The notes under the pieces: generated by a model | Databases searched by the model: none | The model's input: the letters and a program-made list of their open reading frames with translations, nothing else | Told to the model about the DNA's origin: nothing | Part shown: positions 8,515 to 17,139 of the stretch, piece by piece | Layout of the letters: each line of letters begins with the position of its first letter | Position numbering within the stretch: position 1 is the stretch's first letter | From: Candidatus Deferrimicrobiaceae bacterium | GTDB taxonomy: Bacteria; Desulfobacterota; Deferrimicrobia; Deferrimicrobiales; Deferrimicrobiaceae | Assembly (NCBI GenBank): GCA_963792415.1 | Contig: CAWBVY010000004.1 | Coordinates: forward strand, 224,001-288,000 | DNA length: 64,000 bases | Reading direction: 5' to 3' | Position numbers and translations under genes: made by a program

Positions 8515-10221
8515 ATGACGACACGGAAAACGGATGAAAAAGGGAAATCCCCGCGGATACCTTCCGATGAGAAGATTTCCCGCAGCCGGGACCTGACGGA
8601 AGGGATCGACCGTGCGGCGCATCGGGCGCTGCTTTACTCCCTGGGCCTCTCCCGGGAGGACTTGAAGCGCCCCTTCATCGCGGTGGCCAATTCCTGGAAC
8701 GAGATCGTCCCCGGCTGCGTTCCGCAGAGGCAGGTCGCCGACGCGGTGAAGCAGGGGATCCGGGCCGCCGGGGCGATCCCCTTCGAGTTCAACACGATCG
8801 GCGTCTGTGACGGGATGGCCCAGGGGCACGTCGGGATGAGTTTTTCCCTGCCCAGCCGGGAGGTCATCGCCGACTCGGCGGAGATCATGCTGGAAGCGCA
8901 CCGCTTCGACGGCGCGGTCTTCCTGACCTCGTGCGACAAGATCACCCCCGGCATGCTGATGGCGATGTTCCGGGTCAACATACCGTCGATCATCGTCGCA
9001 CCGGGCACGATGGCGCCCGGGGAGTACAAGGGGGAGAAGCTCACCACCTCCGTGATCCGCGAGTTCGTCGGGCGGTGCCAGACCGGAATCCTCTCGGAAG
9101 AGGAACTTGCGGAGGTCGAGCGCGTCGCGTGTCCGACGCTCGGGAGCTGCGCCATGATGGGCACGGCCAACACCATGGCCTGCCTTTGTGAAGTTCTCGG
9201 GCTGGCGTTCCCCGCATCGGCGACCATGCCGGCGTCCTCCAGCGAGAAGCTGCGCGAAGGGATTATTGTCGGGAAGCGGATCGTAGAGCTGGTGAATCAG
9301 GATGTGAAGCCCCTGGATCTGGTAGACCGGGAAACGTTTATCGACGCCGTCAAGTTCGTCCTGGCGGTGGGCGGTTCCACCAATGCCACCCTGCATATCC
9401 CGACACTGGCCGCGGAGGCGGGGTACGAATTGAATCTCGCCGATATGGAAGCCCTCTGCGATAAGATCCCGTACGTTTCCCGGATCAACCCGTCCGGGAA
9501 ACAGACGATGGCCGATTTTCACCGTGCCGGGGGAGTGAGCGCCGTCTTCGCTTCCCTGGGCGATGCCCATTTCCACCTCGACCGGAGGAGCGTCACAGGA
9601 AAGACGCTGCGGGAGATCGCCGACGCCGCGCCGTGGACCGACAAGGAGATGATCCGTCCCGCGTCGGAGCCGATTTCGCCCATGGGGGCCCTCAAGGTGC
9701 TGCGCGGGAACCTCGCGCCGGGAGGAGCCGTCTGCAAGCGGTCCGGCGCCGTCAAGAACATGTGGCGCCACTCCGGGCCCGCCCGTGTCTTCCACTCGAT
9801 GGAGGAGGCGGTCAAGGTCGTGGAGGACGGGAGGATCGAGCCGGGCTCGGTGATCGTGATCCGCTACGAGGGCCCGGTGGGCGGGCCGGGGATGCGGGAG
9901 ATGCACCTCATCACGTCCATCCTGGCCGGATCGGGTCTGGCGGAAAGCACGGCGCTGGTCACCGACGGCCGCTTTTCGGGATCCACCCGCGGGCCCTGCA
10001 TCGGCCACGTGACGCCCGAGGCGGCCCTCGGCGGACCGATCGCATTCGTGCGGGACGGCGACACGATTTCGATCGATCTGTACGAGGGGAAGCTGGAGTT
10101 GGCGCTGAGCGACGACGAGATCGGACGCCGGCGGGCGGGGTGGCAGCCGGTCGTCCGGCCGCATCGCGGCGTATTGGGCTCCTTCGCCGACAAGCATCGC
10201 CGGGCGGCGATGGAACGGTGA
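8515..10221 (+). CDS. IlvD/Edd family Fe-S dehydratase (probable sugar-acid dehydratase)
   Basis: [60 protein letters not shown]. Confidence 0.93.
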   Translation: MTTRKTDEKGKSPRIPSDEKISRSRDLTEGIDRAAHRALLYSLGLSREDLKRPFIAVANSWNEIVPGCVPQRQVADAVKQGIRAAGAIPFEFNTIGVCDGMAQGHVGMSFSLPSREVIADSAEIMLEAHRFDGAVFLTSCDKITPGMLMAMFRVNIPSIIVAPGTMAPGEYKGEKLTTSVIREFVGRCQTGILSEEELAEVERVACPTLGSCAMMGTANTMACLCEVLGLAFPASATMPASSSEKLREGIIVGKRIVELVNQDVKPLDLVDRETFIDAVKFVLAVGGSTNATLHIPTLAAEAGYELNLADMEALCDKIPYVSRINPSGKQTMADFHRAGGVSAVFASLGDAHFHLDRRSVTGKTLREIADAAPWTDKEMIRPASEPISPMGALKVLRGNLAPGGAVCKRSGAVKNMWRHSGPARVFHSMEEAVKVVEDGRIEPGSVIVIRYEGPVGGPGMREMHLITSILAGSGLAESTALVTDGRFSGSTRGPCIGHVTPEAALGGPIAFVRDGDTISIDLYEGKLELALSDDEIGRRRAGWQPVVRPHRGVLGSFADKHRRAAMER

Positions 10222-10261
10222 CCCGCTGCCTGCGGGACAAGGGAAACCAGGCGAAGACCGG

Positions 10262-11587
10262 ATGAGAAAAGACGCTTTCAAGGTCATCGTCATCGCCGAC
10301 GATCTCACAGGGGCCAACGATACCGGAGTCCAGATCGTGAAACGCGGCCACGAGACGGTTACCGTCGTGGACCCCACCCTGATGGGAGACACGCTGGCGA
10401 ACGGGATCGTGCTGGATACCGAGTCGCGCACGCTGCCGGTGGAGGAGGCCCGGGCTGCGATGCGCGATGCGGCGCGCGCGTTGGGCAGTCGCCCGAACGC
10501 CCTTCTCTACAAGAAGATCGATTCCACGTTGCGAGGGCATATCGGCGCGGAGCTCGGTGCTCTGATACGGGAACTCGAACCGGATCGGGTGGTTTGCGCG
10601 CCGGCATATCCGAAAAACGGACGAACGACGCGAAACGGGATCCACTTCCTGCACGGAGTTCCGATCGACCGCACCGAGGTGGCAGGTGACCCGAGAAACC
10701 CTGTGGACACGGCCAGCTTGCCTGCCATGCTGGCGAAAGATGGCGGGCCACGCTTCCTCCATGTCGATCTGGGCGTGCTTCGGTCCGGGCAGGCCGCCAG
10801 CCTGGCGGCGGAACGCTTCCTCAGTTTCGATTGTGAGGAGCAGGAGGATCTGCGGCGGATCGTTCGGGCCGTGGGAGAAACCGGAAAAAGGGTTCTCTGG
10901 TGCGGGTCCGCGGGATTGGCCGAAGTGCTCCTGGAGGAGGTGCTCCCGCCCGGCAAGGGGAAAGACGAACGCGGCGGTTCCATCGGTCGTAAGCCGTCAA
11001 CAGGGCCGGCAGGCGGAATCGGCAGTGGCGGGCCGGTCCTTTCCGTTATCGGAAGCATGAGCAGCGTCAGCCGGCGTCAGCTCGAGAGGGCGATCGCTTC
11101 CACCTCGGCGCACGCCGTTCGCCTTCATCCGCAGGCGCTTGTGGACTCCCCCTCCCGGGAGCGCGGCCGCATCGTCCGCGAGCTTGAGGATCGGATGACG
11201 CGGACGGACCACCTGATTCTCACCTCCCTCGGGACGGAGGCAGATCCCCGACCGGCCGGATTTTCGGGAGGCCAACATCTTCAGGACGAGATTCCCGGGC
11301 GGATTGCAGGGTGTCTCGCCGATGCGACCGCCGGGTTTGTCCAAAGGAACCGCATCGCCGGAATGTTCCTTGCCGGAGGGGATACCGCCGTCCACGTACT
11401 CCGGGCCGTTGGTGCGCGGGGACTGCGGCTGGGATCCGAGCTCGAGGCCGGGGTACCGGCCTCCAGGCTTATCGGCGGGATCCTCGATGGCCTGCCGGTG
11501 GTGACCAAGGCGGGGGCCTTCGGCGACGAGGAGACCTTGGTGCGGTCGGCCCGTTACCTCGCGATGCAGCCTCGTGAAGGAACATGA
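10262..11587 (+). CDS. Four-carbon acid sugar kinase (DUF1537, DtnK/DenK-like)
   Basis: IADDLTGANDTG, YKKIDSTLRG, PAYP.NGRT, GGDTA, VTKAGAFG. Confidence 0.93.
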   Translation: MRKDAFKVIVIADDLTGANDTGVQIVKRGHETVTVVDPTLMGDTLANGIVLDTESRTLPVEEARAAMRDAARALGSRPNALLYKKIDSTLRGHIGAELGALIRELEPDRVVCAPAYPKNGRTTRNGIHFLHGVPIDRTEVAGDPRNPVDTASLPAMLAKDGGPRFLHVDLGVLRSGQAASLAAERFLSFDCEEQEDLRRIVRAVGETGKRVLWCGSAGLAEVLLEEVLPPGKGKDERGGSIGRKPSTGPAGGIGSGGPVLSVIGSMSSVSRRQLERAIASTSAHAVRLHPQALVDSPSRERGRIVRELEDRMTRTDHLILTSLGTEADPRPAGFSGGQHLQDEIPGRIAGCLADATAGFVQRNRIAGMFLAGGDTAVHVLRAVGARGLRLGSELEAGVPASRLIGGILDGLPVVTKAGAFGDEETLVRSARYLAMQPREGT

Positions 11588-12522
11588 ACCCTCGAATCTT
11601 ACAAACCGGAAGTCTCTCTCCCTACTTCGATGCGGCTCTGCTGGAACGGTTCGAGGTCTATCCGCTATGGAAGCAGGACGATCCGGCCAGCTACCTCGCA
11701 CGGCATGGCCGTGCCATCGAAGGCGTGGCCACCTTGGCTCCGGTGGGCGCCTCGACCGGGCTGATCGAAGCGCTGCCTGCCCTGAAGGTCATTTCCTGCC
11801 GGGGAATCGGGTTCGACAAGATCGACCTCGACGGCGCCCGTCGACGGGGGATCCAGGTGAGCGGCACTCCCGGCGTGCTGACCGACTGCGTCGCGGACCT
11901 TGCGTTCGGCCTGTTGATCGACGTGGCACGGCACATTTCCGCATCGGACCGCTTCCTCCGGGCTGGCTCCTGGATGGCGGGAAAGTACCGGCTGACCACT
12001 CATGTCAGCGGCAAGAGGCTGGGCATCGTGGGGCTGGGGGAAATCGGACGCGCAGTCGCGAAACGGGCTGCCGGCTTCGCCATGGAAGTCCGATACACCG
12101 ACCGGCAACCGATCGAAGAGGTTCCCTTCAGGTATGAACCCACGTTGAACGGACTTTCCCGGTGGGCCGAATTTCTGCTGGTCGCGGTCCCCGGAGGAGC
12201 TGCCACGCGTCACCTGATTTCATCGTCCGTTCTCGACGCGCTCGGTCCCGACGGGTTTCTCGTCAATATCTCGCGGGGCACGGTGGTGGATCAGGACGCC
12301 TTGGTCCGGGCGCTCGCCGCCGGCGCCGTCGCCGGCGCCGCTCTGGACGTTTTTGCCGACGAGCCCAACGTGCCGGAGGAGTTGCTTCGCATGGACAACG
12401 TCGTGCTTACGCCACACATCGGCAGCGGCACGGTCGAGACACGCAAAGCGATGGAGGATCTCGTGCTGGCGAATCTCGAAGCCTTTTTCAAGACCGGCAA
12501 AGTCTTGACGCCGGCGTTCTGA
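11584..12522 (+). CDS. D-isomer 2-hydroxyacid dehydrogenase (glyoxylate/hydroxypyruvate reductase-like)
   Basis: GIVGLGEIG, VNISRGTVVD, AALDVFADEP, LTPHIGS. Confidence 0.94.
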   Translation: MNPRILQTGSLSPYFDAALLERFEVYPLWKQDDPASYLARHGRAIEGVATLAPVGASTGLIEALPALKVISCRGIGFDKIDLDGARRRGIQVSGTPGVLTDCVADLAFGLLIDVARHISASDRFLRAGSWMAGKYRLTTHVSGKRLGIVGLGEIGRAVAKRAAGFAMEVRYTDRQPIEEVPFRYEPTLNGLSRWAEFLLVAVPGGAATRHLISSSVLDALGPDGFLVNISRGTVVDQDALVRALAAGAVAGAALDVFADEPNVPEELLRMDNVVLTPHIGSGTVETRKAMEDLVLANLEAFFKTGKVLTPAF

Positions 12523-12540
12523 GCCACGGGATACGCTGAA

Positions 12541-13278
12541 ATGAATGTTCCTTCAGGAGTTGTCGGGAAACTCCTGCCGACCGGCAGACTGCGCGCAGCG
12601 ATCAACCTCGGCAATCCGGTTCTTGCCAGGCGGGATCCGGAAAGCGCTTCTCCCGTTGGGGTATCGATCGATCTTGCTGATAATTTCGCGAAACGGCTTG
12701 GCGTGGACATCGAGTTCGTCCTGTTCGATTCCGCCGGCAAATCCGTGGAGGCCGTCACCCGGGAAGAAGCGGACATCGGTTTTTTTGCCGTGGATCCATT
12801 GCGCGGACAAGGGATCGCGTTTACCGCTCCCTATCTGCTGATCGAAGGGTGCTACCTGGTCCGGCAAGACTCGAAAATCCAATCCAACGGGGAAGTGGAC
12901 CGCCCGGAGCATCGGGTCGTCGTGGGAAAAGGCAGCGCCTACGATCTTTTCCTTACCCGGGAACTGCACCACGCTCAAATTGTCAGGGCGGCAACCTCTC
13001 CTGCCGTCGTGGATCTCTTTGTCGAACAAACCATGGAGATCGCTGCGGGCGTAAAACAACAGCTTGAAGCCGGTGCCCGAAGATTCCCGGGCTTGAGGCT
13101 GTTGCCAGGGGGATTCATGGTCATTCAGCAGGCCATGGGACTGCCGAAAGGCCGGGGAGCGGAAGCTGCGGCACTGCTCGGCAAATACGTCGAGGAAATG
13201 AAAGTGAGCGGCTTTGTCGCCCAAGCGCTTGCCCGTCATGGGATCCAGGGTGCTTCGGTGGCACCAACGGCCGAATGA
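12541..13278 (+). CDS. Periplasmic-binding-protein fold protein (SBP_bac_3/PBPb-like), no signal peptide
   Basis: PTGRLRAAINLGNPVLA, GVSIDLA, FTAPYLLIEG.YLV, GSAYDLFLTR. Confidence 0.8.
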   Translation: MNVPSGVVGKLLPTGRLRAAINLGNPVLARRDPESASPVGVSIDLADNFAKRLGVDIEFVLFDSAGKSVEAVTREEADIGFFAVDPLRGQGIAFTAPYLLIEGCYLVRQDSKIQSNGEVDRPEHRVVVGKGSAYDLFLTRELHHAQIVRAATSPAVVDLFVEQTMEIAAGVKQQLEAGARRFPGLRLLPGGFMVIQQAMGLPKGRGAEAAALLGKYVEEMKVSGFVAQALARHGIQGASVAPTAE

Positions 13279-13608
13279 AGAGGTCGGGAAAGCAGCCCCC
13301 CCGGGCTCGCCTGTCGGGAATTGCGCGGCCGGACGCCTCCCCGCGTTCGTGAAGCCACACAGCAACACACAGATGCCTTTTAAATTCAACAACATATAGG
13401 CTATCGGCTTTCCGGTGCGCGACCGGTTTGTCTCCCGTTCGAATGGGCGTAAAATATTTGCAGGAGCCGGTTCGGCACCCGCGGCCGAGCCCGCGGAGAA
13501 AGGGGGGGATCCGGCGGTCCGGAGAGAGCGGTTCCGGCGAGCGGCCGTCCGGTTCCGGAGGGGAGGAACATAGGCCGGGTTCAGGAACCCGGGGACAGGG
13601 GGTTCGAC

Positions 13609-14094
13609 ATGTTGAAGAAAAATCCGTTTTCCCTTGCGAAGACGGAACCCGCATCCGCGCTTTCCCCGTTCGAGGAGTTCGAGCGGCGGTTCGAGGATTT
13701 CTTCCGCCGGCCCTTCTCGCTGATGGAGGCGCCCTGGTCGATGCGGTGGCCGGTGCTTGCCGGAGAGGTTTCTCCGGTGGTGGACATTTACGAGGAAGGC
13801 GACGACATCGTAGTGAAGGCGGAGATCCCGGGGATGAAGAAGGAGGAGATCCACGTCGACATCAACGAGAAGACCGTGACCGTATCAGGCGAGAAGAAGA
13901 AGGAGGAGAAGGTCGAGAGGAAGAACTACGTCCATCTCGAGCGCACCTACGGTTCCTTCGCGCGCACCTTCGCCCTTCCCGCGGAGGTGCAGACGCCCAA
14001 GGCCCGGGCGACGTTCAAGGACGGGATTCTTGAGCTCCGGGTGCCAAAGACCGCGGAGGCGGCGAGTCGAACCCGGAAGGTGCCGATCGAATGA
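13609..14094 (+). CDS. Hsp20/alpha-crystallin small heat-shock protein
   Basis: P.VDIYE, KAEIPGMKKEEI, ERTYGSFARTFALP, ATFKDGILELRVPK. Confidence 0.96.
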   Translation: MLKKNPFSLAKTEPASALSPFEEFERRFEDFFRRPFSLMEAPWSMRWPVLAGEVSPVVDIYEEGDDIVVKAEIPGMKKEEIHVDINEKTVTVSGEKKKEEKVERKNYVHLERTYGSFARTFALPAEVQTPKARATFKDGILELRVPKTAEAASRTRKVPIE

Positions 14095-14109
14095 TGGGGG
14101 TCCGCGAGG

Positions 14110-14140
14110 AGGGGCAAGGAGAACGCACCTTGCCCCTTTC
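14110..14140 (+). terminator. Hairpin after hsp20 (possible terminator or REP-like)
   Basis: AGGGGCAAGG-agaacgca-CCTTGCCCCT followed by TT. Confidence 0.5.
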
Positions 14141-14178
14141 GGTTCTCCTCTCCAGCGGTTTCCACGGAGGGTGACGCC

Positions 14179-14685
14179 ATGATGACGCCCCGATACGAAC
14201 CCGCCAGCCGCAAGAACGTCGATCGCACGAGAGACCCCTACATCCCCCGGAAAGGCCCCCACGAAGTCGGGGTGTGTCCGGATTGCCACGCCATCAGCCG
14301 GAAGAAACGCTGGTACGTGAACGAGGCGGAGTACGCCTCCCTCGCGCGATCCGGCGCGGTCCCCCGCCGGTGCCCGGCGTGCCGGAAGATCGCGGACGGA
14401 TTCCCTTCCGGCGTGGTGACCCTGCGCGGGAAGTTCCTGCAGACCCACCGCGACGGGATCCTCGCGATCGTCCGCAACGAGGAACGTCGAGCCCGTGAGA
14501 GCAAGCCTCTCGAGCGGATCATGGAAATCCGGGAGGGGGACGAGCGAGTCGAGATTCTGACCACGGACGGGAAACTCGCCCAGCGCATCGGGCGGGAGAT
14601 CCGGAAGGCGTGCCACGGTACTGCGTCCTACAAGTGGTCCGAGGACGCCAGCCTCCTCCGGGTGAACTGGGCACGGGAGATCTGA
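14179..14685 (+). CDS. BCAM0308-family Zn-ribbon protein (NMD3-like fold suspected)
   Basis: DPY...CPDCHA....RW...CPACRKI.D.FP.GVVTL.G, PLERIM, TTDGKLAQRIG...W. Confidence 0.8.
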   Translation: MMTPRYEPASRKNVDRTRDPYIPRKGPHEVGVCPDCHAISRKKRWYVNEAEYASLARSGAVPRRCPACRKIADGFPSGVVTLRGKFLQTHRDGILAIVRNEERRARESKPLERIMEIREGDERVEILTTDGKLAQRIGREIRKACHGTASYKWSEDASLLRVNWAREI

Positions 14686-14781
14686 CGCGGAATCCCCGGG
14701 TCCGCGGTGCCCTCGCAAATGTCCTTTCCGCAATTGTGCGAGAATGAACTCGGTACGCCAGCATGTTCCACGGAGGTGGTA

Positions 14782-15486
14782 ATGGATTCCAATGCGCGGA
14801 CAACGTCGACCCCGGCGTCGGCGATCACGCTGGAAAAGGCTTCCTTCTTCCCGAGGGTCTACGGGTGGATGGCGCTCGGGCTGCTCGTGTCGGCCGTCGC
14901 GTCGTTCGCGCTCCTGTCGTCCCCCGCGGCGATGAAGTTCGTCTTCGGGTCGAAGGTGGTCTTCTTCGGCCTCATCCTCGGGGAGCTCGGGCTGGTCTTC
15001 TACCTGAGCTCGCGGGTGATGGCGATGTCGCCGGCGGCGGCGAAGGGGGCGTTCCTCGTATTCGCGGGGCTGAACGGCGTCACGCTTGCGTCCATCTTCC
15101 TTCTCTATACGGCGGGGTCGATCGCTTCGACGTTCATGGTGTCGGCGGCGACGTTCGGAGCGATGAGCGCGTACGGCATGGCGACGAAGCGGGACCTGAC
15201 GGGGTTCGGCAGCTTCGTCGTCATGGGTCTCTTCGGGGTCGTCATCGCGTCGGTGGTGAACCTCTTCCTCAAAAGCGAGGCGGTCTACTGGGTCACCACC
15301 TACATCGGGGTCCTGGTCTTCGTCGGGCTTTCCGCCTACGACACCTGGAAGCTGAAGCGGATGGCGGAAACCACGGGGCACGGCGAAGCGCTCGCCAATC
15401 TTTCGATCCTCGGAGCGCTGATTCTATACCTGGATTTCGTCAACCTCTTCCTGATGCTCCTGCGGTTGCTGGGAAAGAGGAGGTAG
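14782..15486 (+). CDS. Bax inhibitor-1/YccA (YbhL-like) membrane protein
   Basis: VYGWMALGL, YTAGSIASTF, TKRDL, AYDTWKLK, GALILYLDFVNLF. Confidence 0.94.
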   Translation: MDSNARTTSTPASAITLEKASFFPRVYGWMALGLLVSAVASFALLSSPAAMKFVFGSKVVFFGLILGELGLVFYLSSRVMAMSPAAAKGAFLVFAGLNGVTLASIFLLYTAGSIASTFMVSAATFGAMSAYGMATKRDLTGFGSFVVMGLFGVVIASVVNLFLKSEAVYWVTTYIGVLVFVGLSAYDTWKLKRMAETTGHGEALANLSILGALILYLDFVNLFLMLLRLLGKRR

Positions 15487-15527
15487 GGCCCCGAGACGTC
15501 CGTTTCCCGGGGCCCTGCACGGCCCCC

Positions 15528-15938
15528 TTACTTTGCGCCGAGGGCTTTCGCCGCTTTCCCGACGTCCTTTGGCTTGACCCACAGGATCGCCCCGTACCGG
15601 CTTCCGCCGCCGGCGACCGCGTCGAGGGCGGTTATGTTCACCCCCGCGTCCGCCAGCTTCGACACGATCCCTGCGATCGCCCCCTTGCGGTCCCGTCCCT
15701 GGGCGAGGAAAGCCGTATTCTTCGTCACCGCGAGCCCGATCTTCCTAGCCGCCTTCCGGAAAGCCGGACCGTTCTTGGGGACGAAATCGACCTGGGCGCC
15801 GCGCCCCCGGGGGAAGCCGGTGAAGAAGAGGAGATCGATCCCTTCGCCGCGAAGCGCCGTGAGGATCCTCGCCCCTTCGCCGGTCTTGTTCGGCACCTGT
15901 GCCTTGAAATAGTCGACCTTGCGGATGATGTCGGCCAT
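15528..15938 (-). CDS. Tandem ACT-domain protein
   Basis: VPNKTGEGARIL..L...GIDL and DRKGAIA.I..KLADAGVNITA repeats; SD AGGAGG. Confidence 0.78.
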   Translation of the reverse strand: MADIIRKVDYFKAQVPNKTGEGARILTALRGEGIDLLFFTGFPRGRGAQVDFVPKNGPAFRKAARKIGLAVTKNTAFLAQGRDRKGAIAGIVSKLADAGVNITALDAVAGGGSRYGAILWVKPKDVGKAAKALGAK

Positions 15939-16152
15939 GGTCCCTCCTTGGCGTCCCGCGTAGGGGCGCGTCTGCGTTGTCAGAACATTTGAAACATCAT
16001 TCTACAATTTACATCTTACATCAAGGGATTGGACCCCCCCGATGGAATTTCATCCCCGGGGCAGGAGGATCGATCCGGCAGAACCGTTGACCCACCAACA
16101 CGCAAACCATTTTTCGGACGACGGATGCCCTGACGCGAATGTCGTCATGGCA

Positions 16153-16180
16153 TTGTGGAACCCCCCGGATGAATTATAAT
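16153..16180 (+). promoter_or_regulatory. sigma70 promoter for the ABC transporter operon
   Basis: TTGTGG-N16-TATAAT. Confidence 0.55.
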
Positions 16181-16371
16181 GCCGGGAAGGAGCCGCGTCC
16201 CGTGCTTACCGCACAAATGGTGTTTTGAGGATTTTCCACGGCAGAGAGGGATTATCCCCCTGTTTTATATGGCAATAAGGAAGCGGATCGTATTATTATG
16301 GTCTCCTTGGCCTTATGACCGGAATGCGGAGCCCTTCCCGGGACCGTAAAATAAAACATCGAGGCGGGAGA

Positions 16372-17139
16372 GTGGGGGGGCGGTTGGGCGGCGACTACAT
16401 ATTGGAAACGCGCGGCCTCTCCAAGGAGTTCAGCGGCTTCGTCGCGGTCAACGACGTTAGCCTGAACGTGAAAAGAGGTTCCATTCACGCGCTGATCGGC
16501 CCGAACGGGGCCGGCAAGACGACGGTCTTCAACCTGATCACGAAATTCCTCCCCCCCAGCGGCGGCAGGATCCTGTTCAACGGCATCGACATCACCCGGG
16601 AAAAACCGGCGCAGACCGCGCGCCGCGGCGTGATCCGTTCGTTCCAGATCTCCGCGGTGTTTCCGCACCTGACGGTCCTGGAAAACGTCCGCATCGGTCT
16701 TCAGCGCAGCCTCGGCACCTCGTTTCATTTCTGGAAGCCGGAAAAAACGTTGAATGTCCTGAACGACCGCGCCATGGAGCTGCTGGAAGCGGTGGACCTC
16801 GCGCCCTTCGCATCCGTGACCACGGTCGAGCTCCCCTACGGGCGCAAGCGGGCACTGGAAATCGCCACGACGCTTGCGATGAATCCGGAACTGATGCTTC
16901 TGGACGAACCGACGCAAGGGATGGGCCACGAGGATGTCGGACGGATCGTGGAACTGATCCGAAAGGTTTCCGCCAACCGCACCGTCCTGATGGTGGAACA
17001 CAATCTTTCGGTCGTTGCGAACCTTTCGGACACCATCACGGTGATGCAACGGGGTTCGATCCTTGCCGAAGGGCCCTACACCGAGGTCTCGAAAAATCCC
17101 CAGGTGCTCGAAGCCTACGTCGGGACGACCGATGAATAG
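16372..17139 (+). CDS. livG: Branched-chain amino acid-type ABC ATPase (LivG-like); start uncertain (16372 or 16384)
   Basis: GPNGAGKTT, RSFQIS, LPYGRKRALE, LLDEPTQG, MVEH. Confidence 0.92.
   Translation: MGGRLGGDYILETRGLSKEFSGFVAVNDVSLNVKRGSIHALIGPNGAGKTTVFNLITKFLPPSGGRILFNGIDITREKPAQTARRGVIRSFQISAVFPHLTVLENVRIGLQRSLGTSFHFWKPEKTLNVLNDRAMELLEAVDLAPFASVTTVELPYGRKRALEIATTLAMNPELMLLDEPTQGMGHEDVGRIVELIRKVSANRTVLMVEHNLSVVANLSDTITVMQRGSILAEGPYTEVSKNPQVLEAYVGTTDE

Noticed and set aside
7210-10431. 1073-aa antisense ORF (also 50750-54448, 23733-26513, 45724-47826, 19052-21025 and many others)
   Set aside because: Shadow ORFs opposite well-supported genes. High GC3 suppresses stops, and the translations are Arg/Pro/Gly-rich without motifs.
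13279-13608. CIRCE or sigma32 element upstream of hsp20
   Set aside because: No TTAGCACTC-N9-GAGTGCTAA and no convincing sigma32 boxes.
14117-14149. Possible pseudoknot (loop AGAAC with downstream GTTCT) after hsp20
   Set aside because: The linker is too short to span a 10-bp stem; at most an alternative hairpin.
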